A stretch of 62,272 bases of DNA, filler included, from Gonapodya sp. JEL0774 (GCA_027604505.1; 18 parts of 18 records of this genome joined end to end with filler, not necessarily neighbours in it); one strand, 5' to 3'; counted from the first letter of the whole stretch, positions 40,188-51,925 are shown. Numbers and translations are program-made. The notes: generated by a model not told the origin, from the letters alone.

Positions 40188-40845
40188 AAGTATATATGAA
40201 AGGCACAGGCCTGATGCTGTAGATTCTCTCATCATGTGTTGCTTTACGAGAAGTATAATATAGTGGTGCCATGTTCGGCAATTCGAGTTGAACCTTATTT
40301 ATGTAATCAGCACGAGGGAGATCACTAGGTCGCCTCGAGACGGATCCCCCCAGCTCCATTCAAGCGGAGCGATGTTCTTTGGAGCCTGAACTAACCTTGA
40401 TTATGATTTCTAAATCTCAGGAAGGCATTCTAAGTCTCCTCCCGGTGTGTGGTACTTCGTGTTCAAACTGATCTGAAATATTATCGAAAGCACTCAAACG
40501 TATATCCACCCACCCACATCAGATTGCTTTGATGAGCCTGCACAACTAGCAATATTTGGTTATGTTTCTACACACCCGGGCAGCGCACAAAGCACCACCT
40601 GGACCAAACCCCTTCAGCGGCTACGCGAACGTCACCTCCTCTGCCTCTTATTGCTGCCTCCACCACCACCACTGACCACCTCGTCAAACTCCAACCCGAG
40701 GCCGAAATCCGTCGCTGGACCAGGTCACGCGGGTCACGACGAGGAGCGAGTCGATCACACAAAGGAGTGAGGGGGTCGGGGATATATCGATGCGATTCGT
40801 CAGATTTTCGTTCACGGATGGATAAGAAGGGACCAACCCGTCAGA

Positions 40846-41562
40846 TCAACACCACGCGCCGCGCCGAGCACTTTTCAACTCACGTATATCGCCATACTGT
40901 ACGTCCTCCTCCCCGTCACCATATTCTTCGTCGTCTCTCCCCCTCTTTACCCCGTGACTCACACCGCCGTCATCCCAGTCCCCAAGAAGTCCGTCCGCGA
41001 GATCGTCCTCGGCAGGATCGTAGTAGGATGCGGTCTCGCCGACGGCCACGGCAGCGGGTGGGGCGTCACGGGGAGTGGTATAGTAGGAGGCAAACTGAGG
41101 GTGTGGTGTCGTAGGGACAGGGAAAAGGGTGTTGAAGCCGTCATCGAGATCGGCGGGCGGGACCGTCATTCCAAAGCTGCTGATCACTCCATCCCTGCCA
41201 TGATCAACCACCCACCTGCTGCTCATCTCCACCGCCGTTCTCAAAAAGCCCGTCCTCCTCTTCGTCTTCCCCGTCGCCCTCGCCGTCCAGGTCGTCCTCG
41301 TAGTCCCCCTCCCCATCTTGGTCAGGTTCCTCAGTGTCCACCTCCCCAGCTTCCTCCTCCCCCCCGACACCGTCAAACTCCGCACCGTACCCCCGCCCAG
41401 AAGCTCGTCGCGGATCGTTGGAGCGGGATACGGGAGGGTACCCTGAGTCTCCGGTGTCGTCGTTCTCAGGGTCCGAATCGTACGTGATGGAACCGTTCTC
41501 CTCCTGATGTAATACGTGCATGAGAAGCGGTGGCATGGGCCGGGGTTCAAATCGTTTCGCAC
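40846..41562 (-). CDS. Acidic low-complexity protein, 3' part
   Basis: Asp/Glu/Gly-rich ORF 41204-41536 spliced to the distal part of ORF 40846-41562, ending SARRGAWC*. Confidence 0.55.
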   Translation of the reverse strand: MRNDLNPGPCHRFSCTYYIRRRTVPSRTIRTLRTTTPETQGTLPYPAPTIRDELLGGGTVRSLTVSGGRRKLGRWTLRNLTKMGRGTTRTTWTARATGKTKRRTGFLRTAVEMSSRWVVDHGRDGVISSFGMTVPPADLDDGFNTLFPVPTTPHPQFASYYTTPRDAPPAAVAVGETASYYDPAEDDLADGLLGDWDDGGVSHGVKRGRDDEEYGDGEEDVQYGDIRELKSARRGAWC

Positions 41563-42474
41563 NNNNNNNNNNNNNNNNNNNNNNNNNNNNNNNNNNNNNN
41601 NNNNNNTTAATTAATTAANNNNNNNNNNNNNNNNNNNNNNNNNNNNNNNNNNNNNNNNNNNNCCCCGACCCGAGTGGGGCCCGGCAACCTTTGCCGAGCA
41701 GCTCGCATGACCCCCTTCTCTTCGTCCTAATCAAAGGATGGGCGGGGGTCTGACATCGGACCTTGCGAATCAACCCCTCCAGTCCATCACGCATCCAATC
41801 CATGACTTTCATTGATTTCACGATGTTTTATTGGTAAGAGGATGGCTGGGGGGGGTTGAATTAGGGATTTTTGTGTGTGGGCCGTGGTCGAGCATTACTT
41901 GGGAGCCGCACCTCAGTGATCGAGTTCCAGCACCCAAATGCTCGAGTTCGACTCGTATTTGAGTTGCAGTTTATCAATTTTGGTGTTCATCAGTGGTCAA
42001 AGGTGTACCCTCAAAAAACATATTGGTCCTCTGGGGAGCATTCTCAAATGGATTTCATGAATTTGCACTTTTTGAAACTTTTAGTTCTAAAGAAAGTCAT
42101 TTCAGGTTGTATTGTTTCCTTATTGATTCATGCATATGGTTACTAACGTTTACCGACAAAACTCCATCCTGCATAACCTGCTTTCCCCGTCTCACATTTG
42201 ACATTCTTGCACCGTCCTTTCTTTTGTCAATATCAATCAGAAGCTCGTCAAAAAGGATCGCTAGTTTGTGACTCTTTGCAGTGTCTGGGTGAGGAACACC
42301 TGATGTCTTCTCCCATTTGTGATAGTCTGTCAGGAGATCATTCTTACTAATCCCTTCTCCGTCGGGAGTCAATATCTCGTTGATGTATTGTCTCAACATG
42401 GTGCCGGGATTGTGATCGCGAATTTCTTTCTCATATGCTCCTTGTTCGTCACCCGTACATATATCAGAGATTGT

Positions 42475-42700
42475 TTTGACACTATCATCTGTCGCTTTTG
42501 CATCATTGTTTGTTTCAATAATATCATCCGCCGCTTTTATATCGTTGTTTGTTTTGATTATATTATCCTTCGCTTTCAAATTGTTATTTGTTTCGATAGT
42601 ATCATCTGTAACGTCGTTTGTTTCAATAGAGTTATCCATAGCTGTCATATCGTTGTGTGTTTCAATAATTTCATCTATTGCTTTCATATCGTTGATGGTT
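42475..42700 (-). repeat. Coding ~39-bp (13-aa) tandem repeat, about 6 copies
   Basis: ETINDMKAIDEII / ETHNDMTAMDNSI / ETNDVTDDTI / ETNNNLKAKDNII / KTNNDIKAADDII / ETNNDAKATDDSV. Confidence 0.85.
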
Positions 42701-43534
42701 TCTAAAATGTATCCGGAATCTGATGTTTCAGCAGCAATATCTTCTTCAAACTTATAATCGCAGCAGCGAATAGTCTCTCGTCTTTTCCTCAGTGTGATAT
42801 GATATGCTCTATGATCAGACTCATCAATCTCATCTTCACAACATTGCAAACCAATTTTCCTCATTACATCGTGCTCTACTCTATGATGTTCCTCAGACAT
42901 TTCTCTACATCCGTAGTCATTTAAACGGTCTTCCTCGTCATCCAGTTCATCTTCATGAATGCGAATTGCAAGTAACAACCATTGAGGGGGTGGTGATATG
43001 CCATCCTGTATCGTTCGACCAGGTAACCATTTTTGGTCCTTTATTTCAAACATATCTGTCACAACACCATAGGATGGAGGTGCAAGGACAACTGTCCAAT
43101 ACGGACTGGTTTGGGCAATTTTGTCAAATAATTGAAGGTCACGTCTCAAATAAGGTGTCTGATCGTTTGTTCTGAAATAATAGGTGTACAGACCATCATC
43201 ACTTCGTGACGTGGCAGTCATTGGGATTGTATATTTCCTGCTTGTCAAGAGCTTTGTCCACCTCACCATATCCAAAACTTGGAGCACGAATAATTCGGAT
43301 GCTGGTTTTGTTAATACTCCAACTCCTTGACAGTCTGATATATCCATCAGTTTCGCGCTGTGGATCGTGAGATCGTACAACTCATCGATTGTAGGTTCAT
43401 TTCCACGAATGCGACGTGTGAATTTATCATAGTAGATAGAGATCGGAAAAGCTACAATTTTGGCATCCCAAAAATATTGAAGCTGTGTTTTTAGATCTCG
43501 TTCTATTGTTTTTTCTCGAATTCTAATCTGTTGT

Positions 43535-43635
43535 TCGAATTGTTCCCTTTTTGCTTGTTCCTGCTTTAATAATTGTTCCGTGTTCGCTTGCTCTCGTTTT
43601 AATAATTGTTCCCTTTTCGCTTGTTCCTGTTTTGT
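43535..43635 (-). repeat. Coding 33-bp (11-aa) tandem repeat, 3 copies
   Basis: KQEQAKREQLL KREQANTEQLL KQEQAKREQF. Confidence 0.85.
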
Positions 43636-43874
43636 GAAGTCATCATATTTACAAAGTAGTTTTTTTAATGCTTAGAGCGAACAGTCATCTGGGTTCTCTT
43701 CCGTTCGAATCTTTCCACTGACTGAGGTTGTAGATTCCTTTGTTGGTGCGACCGTGGTTTGGTCCAGTTTTTCAGCCTTCTCTCGTTGTTGTCTGGCCTC
43801 CTTTCTCTGAGACTGTGATTTTTTTGGCATTAAGGTGGAGGACTCTCCACTGGGTTTATATGGACCGTTAGTCC

Positions 43875-44040
43875 CAAACAAACAAAAGTGAACAAAATCC
43901 GGGAAAGCGAATACAGCTTTGCTGAAAAACGGGGTCTCTTATTCTGCCTGCGACCCGTGCTTCATAAAGAGCAAACAAACAAAAGTGAACAAAATCCGGG
44001 AAAGCGATTCCAGCTTTGCTGAAAAACGGGGAGTCTTATT
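43875..44040. repeat. 69-bp direct repeat, two copies with 97-bp period
   Basis: caaacaaacaaaagtgaacaaaatccgggaaagcga..cagctttgctgaaaaacgggg..tcttatt at 43875-43943 and 43972-44040. Confidence 0.95.
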
Positions 44041-44049
44041 TTTTGCACT

Positions 44050-44945
44050 ATGGATGAGTTGAAGTGAACAAGATTTGAAACAGAGAAGTATTGATAGATG
44101 AAGCCACCTGTGACGGTGGGTGCTATATCTTCACAACTGACCACCAGAGGGTCCAAGCTTCACCTACTTCCACATTCTGAAATCAACACTGTCTCAGTGG
44201 ATGATACAATGTCACCAGAAACCATGTGGATGCTGTTCATATTCCATGGTCCCATTCGGGGTGTGATCCTCAGGTTCTGATGTTAGTTTTGCAAGCCCGA
44301 AATAGGAAAACGAATGCTGAGATTGGGATCAACAACCACACATCTCATAAGGAGTTGTTGTCAATGCAAGAGGAGTCAATAAACTATGTGGTTGCTGTTG
44401 CACTGCTTCCTGCAGCCAAAGCAATCCAGCCACCGGGAAGGTGGTGGTGATGTTTTTTCCGGATCTGAGTAGCCAAAAACTGCAGAGTCATCCGTTTCTA
44501 GCTCAACCGCTCTACAAAGACTCCCTGGGTGATACAGTGCCACCATTAACCATGTGGGTGCTGCTCAGATCCCATCGTCACATTCAGACTGTGCTGCTCA
44601 GGTTCAGTGGATGTTTTCCCAAATGCGAGGAGCAAAACTGACGCTGAAATTGCAAGCACGACGTATCCCGTACAAGAGTGAATGTTTTCATCGGAAGATG
44701 AAGCCTGAAACTATGTGGTTGGTGATGCACAGCTTCCTGCAGCCATACAATCCAAGCCACCTGATGGTGGTGATGTTTCTTCTGATTTGAATGAGAGAAA
44801 ATCAAAAACTCACAGATTCCCACATCTTCCAGTCTCAAATGTCTCCCTGGATGAAACACTGTCTCCAGAAACCATGTGGGTGTCTGTTCATATTCCATGG
44901 TCCCATTCAGGGTGTGATCCTCCGGTCCTGATGTTGTTTTCCCTA
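44050..44945. repeat. Diverged tandem array, ~163-bp monomers alternating A/B (~325-bp dimer)
   Basis: Anchor ac[c/t]atgtgg at 44221, 44383, 44549, 44710, 44871. Alternate monomers resemble each other more than neighbours do. Confidence 0.8.
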
Positions 44946-45118
44946 TATAGCGGATGTTGGAATTTAACACTAAATTCCGGCTTCCCGGGCTTCCCCCCCC
45001 TACAGGGGAAGCCGAGACNNNNNNNNNNNNNNNNNNNNNNNNNNNNNNNNNNNNNNNNNNNNTTAATTAATTAANNNNNNNNNNNNNNNNNNNNNNNNNN
45101 NNNNNNNNNNNNNNNNNN

Positions 45119-48100
45119 ACACTCCGCATAGACGACTCTTTGTTCCTCTACGGATACAGAGACAACGACCAGGCTGAGTCCTTGTTGGAGGAGTCCGCAA
45201 GGTGGTCTGTTGGGGGTGGGCAGGTTGGTCACGGTGGTGGTACTGGGGGGAGGGACGGGGACGGGCTGGGTGCTGACATGGATGACATTGGGGACGAGTT
45301 GCATATGCACATGCACATGCACCACCCCTCTGTGCACACCATCCGTACTACCAATCCGTCGGCCCCGCTCGAAACCAAACACAAACACACCACCACCGCC
45401 CACACCACCACCTCCCCATCATCCTCCTTGCTCTTCCCTACCCCTCACCGCAACCCCCATCCACACCACCCACCGCCTTCCTCCCGCCGCGACTCGGCCG
45501 CAACTCTCGCCGGCACTACACCCACCAATGCCACCACCACCACCTCTGGTAGAGCACCTCGTGCCACCACCACCACCACCACAGCAGCCCTACTCACCGA
45601 CCCATGGACAGACGAACCCCTCGTACCCCGTCCTCCACACCGCACAGTGCACACTATGCATGTGCGTCCCACCGACACCGCCACCGCCACAGCCACCGCC
45701 CACCCACGGGGCCCTTCGTCGTATTCGTACGCCTACCTCCGCGACACACTCGGCGTAAACGATGACGAGGACCAAGACGGGTACGGGCACGGGTACGGAT
45801 CCTCTGGAGACGAGTACGAGTACGGGAGCGAGCATGTTGTTCAGTATAACCGGGACGGCGGACTTGGCCGAGCCAGGGTGGAGGTGGAGGTGAAGGGGTA
45901 CTGGCACGACGGCGACGACGACGGCGTAATTGAGGACGGAGAGGGGTACGCCGACGATGGAGGTGACGGCGACGACGCGTCCTCACTGGCCGATAGTATA
46001 TGTAGTGCCGGGCCCGCGAGGGAGGGGGAGGGGGGTGGAGGTGTGGGCGCGGGTGGCCTGGGTGGTGTGTTGTTGGATCGGGGGGCCGGTGGTGGAATGG
46101 TAGGTCGGTCGGCCGGTCGGGCGGTCGGTCACGTACAGTGCTTTTTTTTTTTGACTTTTTTGTTTTGACCCTCCAATTCCAACTCGACTCGCGCACAACT
46201 CACCTGCACACCACACCCTTTCTCCAGCCGGCCCCACTCCCCGCCCACCCATCCTTCCTCCCCACCACGCCCCACCTCACCCACCCTGCCTACCACCCCC
46301 TGGTCTTGACCCGCCTCCTCGGCACCGGCAGCTTCGCCCGCGTGTACCTCGCCCACTCGGCCGTGCTGGGCGAGGCGGGGGGCGGCAGCGGCAGCGTGGC
46401 CGTCAAGGGGCTGTACCACGCCACCGGAGCGGTACATGACCCGGCGGTGGAGGTTGAGCTTGCGGCGGTGGAGAGGACACGCGGGGTTCCCGGGGTGGTG
46501 CAGGGGTATAGGATCGTGAGGGACAAGGAAGGGGGAGTGACGTGGATTGTGATGGAGTATTGTACCACGGACTTGTACGAGGAGATTACCGGGGCCGGGG
46601 CGGGCAAGGGTGGGGGTGAAAAGGGGTTGCACGAGCAGAGGATCACAGAGGTGGTGACGAGGGTGGTCAAGGCGGTCATGGACATTCATAGGAGGGGGGT
46701 GTGGCATAGGGATATCAAGCCGGAGAATGTGTTGGTTGGGGCGGGTGAGTGAAAGGGGTCAGGGCGGGGGGTAGAGAGATGGGTACGCGCGCTGACACAG
46801 AAACACCAACCCCCCCAACCCCCCAACCCAACCACCACCCCACTCCCAGACGGCCTCCCCCGCCTCGCCGACTTTGGTCTCGCCCACCTGTCCCCCCGCC
46901 ACCACGCCCGTCCCACCCCGCGCGACTCCCTGTCCACCACCCTGGGCACCGGCTCAGTCCGCTACCTGGCCCCCGAGTGTCTCCCCCTCCCACGTAACCA
47001 GGGTACCGCGTACGACTGTGGGAAAGCCGACGTGTGGAGCTTGGCCATCCTGGTCGTCAATTGTGTGGCCGCGCAGTGTGTGTGGGAGGTGGCGGACGAG
47101 GAGAGGGACGAGGGGTACAGGGGGTTTGTGAATTGTGGGAGCAAGGCCATCTGGTTGAGGAGACACGTGGGGATGGGGAGGAGGGCGGCGGAGTGGGTCG
47201 TGAAGGCGTTGGAAGGAAAGGAGACGAGGGTGGGGGTGGAAGAGTGGCTCGAAGAGTTGGAGGAGGGGGTGCGGGCGGGAGGGTGGAGGTGGAGAGATAT
47301 TGCGGGACAAGAGGACAGTGATGGGGAGTGGGGGAGTGCCAGGACGTCGCGGACGTCGGTACCCCACCACGCATCCCCCGGCCCCACCACACCCCCGCGG
47401 CACCGCACACCAGTTGCACAGTCGATCACTCCACGCAGCTACGTCACGGCCCGGTCGTGGACCAAGGCGCACGGGTTGTCGGGCGTGAGTTGGGCCGACG
47501 CGGCCAGCGATGACGGGACGGACAGTGATGGGGAGGGAGAGGGAAATGGGTTTTGGAACCATGTGCCGGTGTTTGGGAGTGGGGGGGAGGAGGAGGAGGA
47601 GGAAGCGGAGGTGGGAGGGGGAAGAGGAGACGCAGGGGGAATGGGAGGTGCACAGGGGAGACGCACGAGTGTGGCAGACGTGTTCGCGTTCGATGTGGCG
47701 GACGAGGAGGAGTTTGAGCTGGCGAGGTCGGGAGGGGGTGCTGGGGCCGCGTACGGGGCAAATGTGCACGGGGAGACGGAGGTGGACAGTGCGACGGGGT
47801 ACTACGTGCCGCTCCGAGACGGGCCGGGTGTGGTGAGGAGGGTGGGGAGGGCCGGAAGGGGGGTGGTCGAGGGGGATGCGGATGCGGTGGTGGGGAACCG
47901 GGACGGCAAGGAGGATGGGGTCCCGGCAGAGGGGGCAGAGGAGGCACAGCAGGAGGCCAAGAAGAAGAAGAAGAAGAAGAGGGCAAAGAGTGGGTCGAGA
48001 GCGGGCGGGGGTGGTGGGGACGCGGGATCGGAAAAGGAGGGCGGACTAGGCGGTGTGGCCGACGAGGGGGAGACGGAACACGCAATGGATCATCAGGCGC

Positions 48101-48473
48101 CGGGGGTGGATAAGAAGCTGGAGACCAAAGAAGAGCGCAAGGCGAGACGGAAGGCGGAGAAGGATATGGTGGCGGCGGGGGCAGTGCACAGTGTGGTGGT
48201 GGACGGGGTGGCGGTTGCGGAGGGGAAGGGCAACGTGGGGCGGGGCGACGCGGTGTCGGTTTCGGCGGCCGAAGGTGTGCCGGTGGATAAGGAGGTGAAG
48301 AAGAAGAAGAAGCACAAGAGGAAAGGGTCCACGGCGGAGGAGGCGGTGCAGGGAACGGGATTGGCGGCCGTGGTCGTGTCGTCCGTCACTGCAGCGGGGG
48401 AGGCGGTGCCGGTGAAGTCTGGCGGGGAGACACCGGCCAAGACCAAGTCGGCCAAAGTGGCGCAGTTGCATGC
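45119..48473 (+). CDS. Ser/Thr protein kinase, Ran1/Pat1-like, with long low-complexity flanks; truncated
   Basis: LGTGSFARVY, VAVK, IVMEYC, HRDIKPEN, intron 46745-46849, LADFG, GSVRYLAPEC, DVWSLAILVVN. Confidence 0.88.
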
Positions 48474-48708
48474 NNNNNNNNNNNNNNNNNNNNNNNNNNN
48501 NNNNNNNNNNNNNNNNNTTAATTAATTAANNNNNNNNNNNNNNNNNNNNNNNNNNNNNNNNNNNNNNNNNNNNCATCCCGTCGTTGATTGCATCCCCGGA
48601 GTGGCCATTTCTAACCGCAGATCTCGGCAACCTCCAACCTTGTCACTTCCTAGAAGGCACGTTCTAGCGCCACATTCAAGTGCCCCATCAATCCACGCTA
48701 AAGCCACA

Positions 48709-50233
48709 ATGGTCAACAAAAAGGCTCTTCTCATCGGTATCAACTACAGGGGTAGTGGAAACGATCTGAGAGGTATTGTTTCGCGCGCGTTTTGGTGAGC
48801 TGAGTTGGAGAACAAATCGGCTCACCGCGCTATCCCACCGCCTGCTGGTCAGGCTGCATCAACGATGTCGCCAATATATACAACTATCTCACTCGATATG
48901 CAGGATACAAGCCAAGTCAGATAGTGGTAATGGTGAGCCATCGTTGGTTTGAGGGCCAATTAGGGTGAATCCATACAACTATATCTCACCCTGATTTCCG
49001 CTAGACGGAGGACGCCAGGAATCCGAAGTTCATTCCGACCTACAAAAACCTCATTGGTGGGTTCAGGTGGCTGACACAGAACAATAAGGCGGGAGACCAT
49101 CTCTTCATGCACTACGTGAGTTCAGTTCTCGTACTTGAATTTGGTCCTCCGACCATACGACGGATGTTGAATCGAGTTACGGGTCCACAGTCTGGACATG
49201 GGAGCACGGTGCAAGACCCCGTCGACAGCAGACCAGGTCACCCGGATTTCGACGACACAATTGTGCCTCTGGATTTTAAAACTGCAGGACAGATCACTTC
49301 CACTGTAAGTGCAAACTCAGACTTTGGTTGAGCTCGCTATCGCTGTCGAGTGTTGTGATTTACCGGAACCATGCCCAACCTCTGGGTTTGTGTTGTGATA
49401 TATATTCTAGGACCTTCACAAGATGCTTGTGTCCTCCATTCCTAAAACCGTCAAAATGACTATCATCTTCGACTGTTGTCACTCCGGGACAATGTGAGTT
49501 GTCGGAATTGTGCCATTTGTTGGGCCACATCATCCCGCAAACCATTCGGCGGTATCGCCGCCTCCACGTGTACAAGGCTGGAACTTCCCTTCACTTTCCG
49601 CCCTGACGCGCAGGGCCGCGTTGGTCTCAAAGAGTTCACCGAGTATTACCGTCAACGTGCTCGACAAAACGCAAAGGCGGTCTTCGGGTTGAAAAGCACC
49701 CCGAAACAAAGGTTAGGAGGCGCCAAACAGGTGATCGGTGATGTCAAGGATATCTTTCAAAAGCTGGAGCAGCTGGACAAATTCGGGTCGAGCGCGTTCG
49801 GAAAGCCTGGTAATTCAGAGTTGGACGTGGAGGAGGAGTTCGACGATTGGGAGCACGAGGGCAGGAACGTTTTTTGTTTCTCTGGATGTATGGATCACCA
49901 AACAAGGTTAGTTGGTGTGACAGCTGTTTCGATTGATTCCTCGAAGAGGTCTCCGGATCAGTCTTACATGATTGAATTCATTGCGGCGCCATCATATGAC
50001 CCCCATTATTTTCCCAATACTTTTACTTGCTCAGTGCCGACACCGAAAAATCCGGTACAGCAGTCGGGGCCATGTCGTGGGCGCTTCTCACGTCCCTTCA
50101 GCAGAACCCGCGTCAATCTTATTCCAGTCTGTTGAAAACGACACGACAAATGTTGGCAAAAGAGTACAGTCAGATTCCACAGCTGAGCGTTGGTAGGGAT
50201 GACGCAAACTTGAACGCGATCATTGAATTTTGA
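48709..50233 (+). CDS. Metacaspase (peptidase C14), copy 1, no prodomain
   Basis: KKALLIGINY, GCINDV, HY|SGHG (catalytic His), IFDCCHSGT (catalytic Cys), FSGCMDHQT|SADT, GAMSWA, QIPQLS. Confidence 0.95.
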
Positions 50234-50605
50234 TAAATGGGGGGTATGGATGGACACATGTTTATGTTGCTGTTTCCTCGTCCTCCACATTACCGACGGA
50301 GTACCGTTATTCTTATAAGTCTTAATTTATCACTGATCTGTAAAATCCAATACGTACGCATTCTCTTTCGGCGCGGGGCCTTGCCGCATCTTGAATTGAA
50401 AGGACTGAGGCCCTGTGATATGAAAAACATATCCGTGGAAACATATAACCACTTTGGAGACTTACTTTGTCTCCATCACGAAGTAAGAAACGCTTCACCA
50501 CTACCGTGCTTCGCCGTGAAGTGATAAGATCTCGTCAATCACCTCCCCCTGGATCCCCACGACCTGTGATGTTGTCCACTCACTTGTCTCGATCAAGGCA
50601 TCATA

Positions 50606-51925
50606 ATGGTGAACAAGAAAGCGCTTCTCATCGGAATAAACTATCGAGGGAGTGAGCAAGAACTCAAAGGTGAGTTCAAGGTCTGCTTTTGCGTGTGTCT
50701 TGGGAAAGTCATGATCGAGAACATGTCGGTTCCCGCGATGTCCAATCTTCGTCTAACCATCACGCCACAATCCGTCCCAACCGCCTCATTGGAAGAAATC
50801 AGGATGCATTAACGATGTATCCAATATCTACCACTACCTAACTCGCTCGGCCGGATACCGTCAAGACCAGATCGTCGTCATGGTACGCTACTCGGACTAT
50901 CTGTTCTGGGCGGGCCGTACATAAAGCGACCATACATTGCATTCACTGGTCTCTTACATAAATGCTCGATTTGTTTTGTCTTTAGACCGAAGATGCCGAG
51001 AAACCGTCCTTCCTTCCCACGTCCCACAACATCATCGCGGGGTTCAAGTGGCTGGTCCAAAACAACGATTCCGGCGATCACCTGTTCATGCATTACGTGA
51101 GTGTTTACTGCGGTCTATTGCGGCCTCGGTGTTCACAAAAACTACCGGTGACCGGTCAATGGTCCGCTACCAGTCCGGACACGGTAGCCAGGTGCAAGAT
51201 CCTGTCGATAGTCGCCCAGGTCACCCGGATTTCGACGATACGATCGTACCCCTAGATTACAAGACTGCTGGACAGATCACTTCGACTGTGAGCGATATTC
51301 GTACGTTACAATCGCGAACAAGTAAACTCAATAACACGCCACACATTTCGTTGATGTCGAAACGACGGTACGGTCTTCAGCAACTACACAGATTACTGGT
51401 GTCCCCCATTCCAAAGACAGTGAAGTTGACAATCATTTTTGACTGCTGTCATTCCGGAACAATGTGAGGTTTTCCTACATGAGGACCCGCCTGACACTGT
51501 TGCAGATTCTCGAGCCTCATTGCAACGCACTACTCCTCTGCTGCAGGCTAGAGCTCCCATTCACATTCCGCCCGGACGCACAGGGCCACATCGGTCTCAA
51601 AGAGTTCCACGAATACTACAAGAAACGCGCGATAAGCAACACCAAAATCGCGTTCGGCCACAAGGTCGACATAAAAACCCGCATCGGGGCCGCCAAGGAG
51701 ATGATCAAGGACGCTAAAGAAATCTTCCACAAACTGGAGCAACTCGACAAGTTTGGGGGCGCTGCGGCGTTCGCGGACGGAGGTGCTGCCGCGAAAGCCG
51801 CGCAGCTGGACGCGGAGGAGGAGTTTGACGAGTGGCAGCACGAGAATAGGAACGTGTTTTGCTTTTCGGGATGCATGGATAGTCAAACGAGGTACGTCGC
51901 GGACCACGAAATGGAGCTCACCCAG
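50606..51925 (+). CDS. Metacaspase, tandem copy 2, 3'-truncated
   Basis: Same motifs and the same intron positions as copy 1. Confidence 0.93.

Larger units (their letters stand above)
42097..43830 (-). pseudogene. Intronless AT-rich gene with coiled coil, internal repeats and a D5-primase C-terminal-like winged helix; one in-frame TAA at 43672-43674
   Basis: MPKKSQ.. frame continues past a single TAA into the 427-aa ORF (same frame). C-terminal LRQYINEIL..ISKNDLLTDYHKWEKTSG..GV. Confidence 0.55.

Noticed and set aside
42097..43830. Alternative genetic code (TAA as Gln)
   Set aside because: Only one internal TAA against many CAA/CAG Gln codons; a point mutation is simpler.
44050..44945. CRISPR array
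   Set aside because: Units are long and diverged along their whole length, with no identical short repeats, unique spacers or cas genes.
45445..48471. Many long overlapping antisense ORFs in the kinase contig
   Set aside because: Expected from stop-poor, GC-rich low-complexity DNA; no independent motifs.
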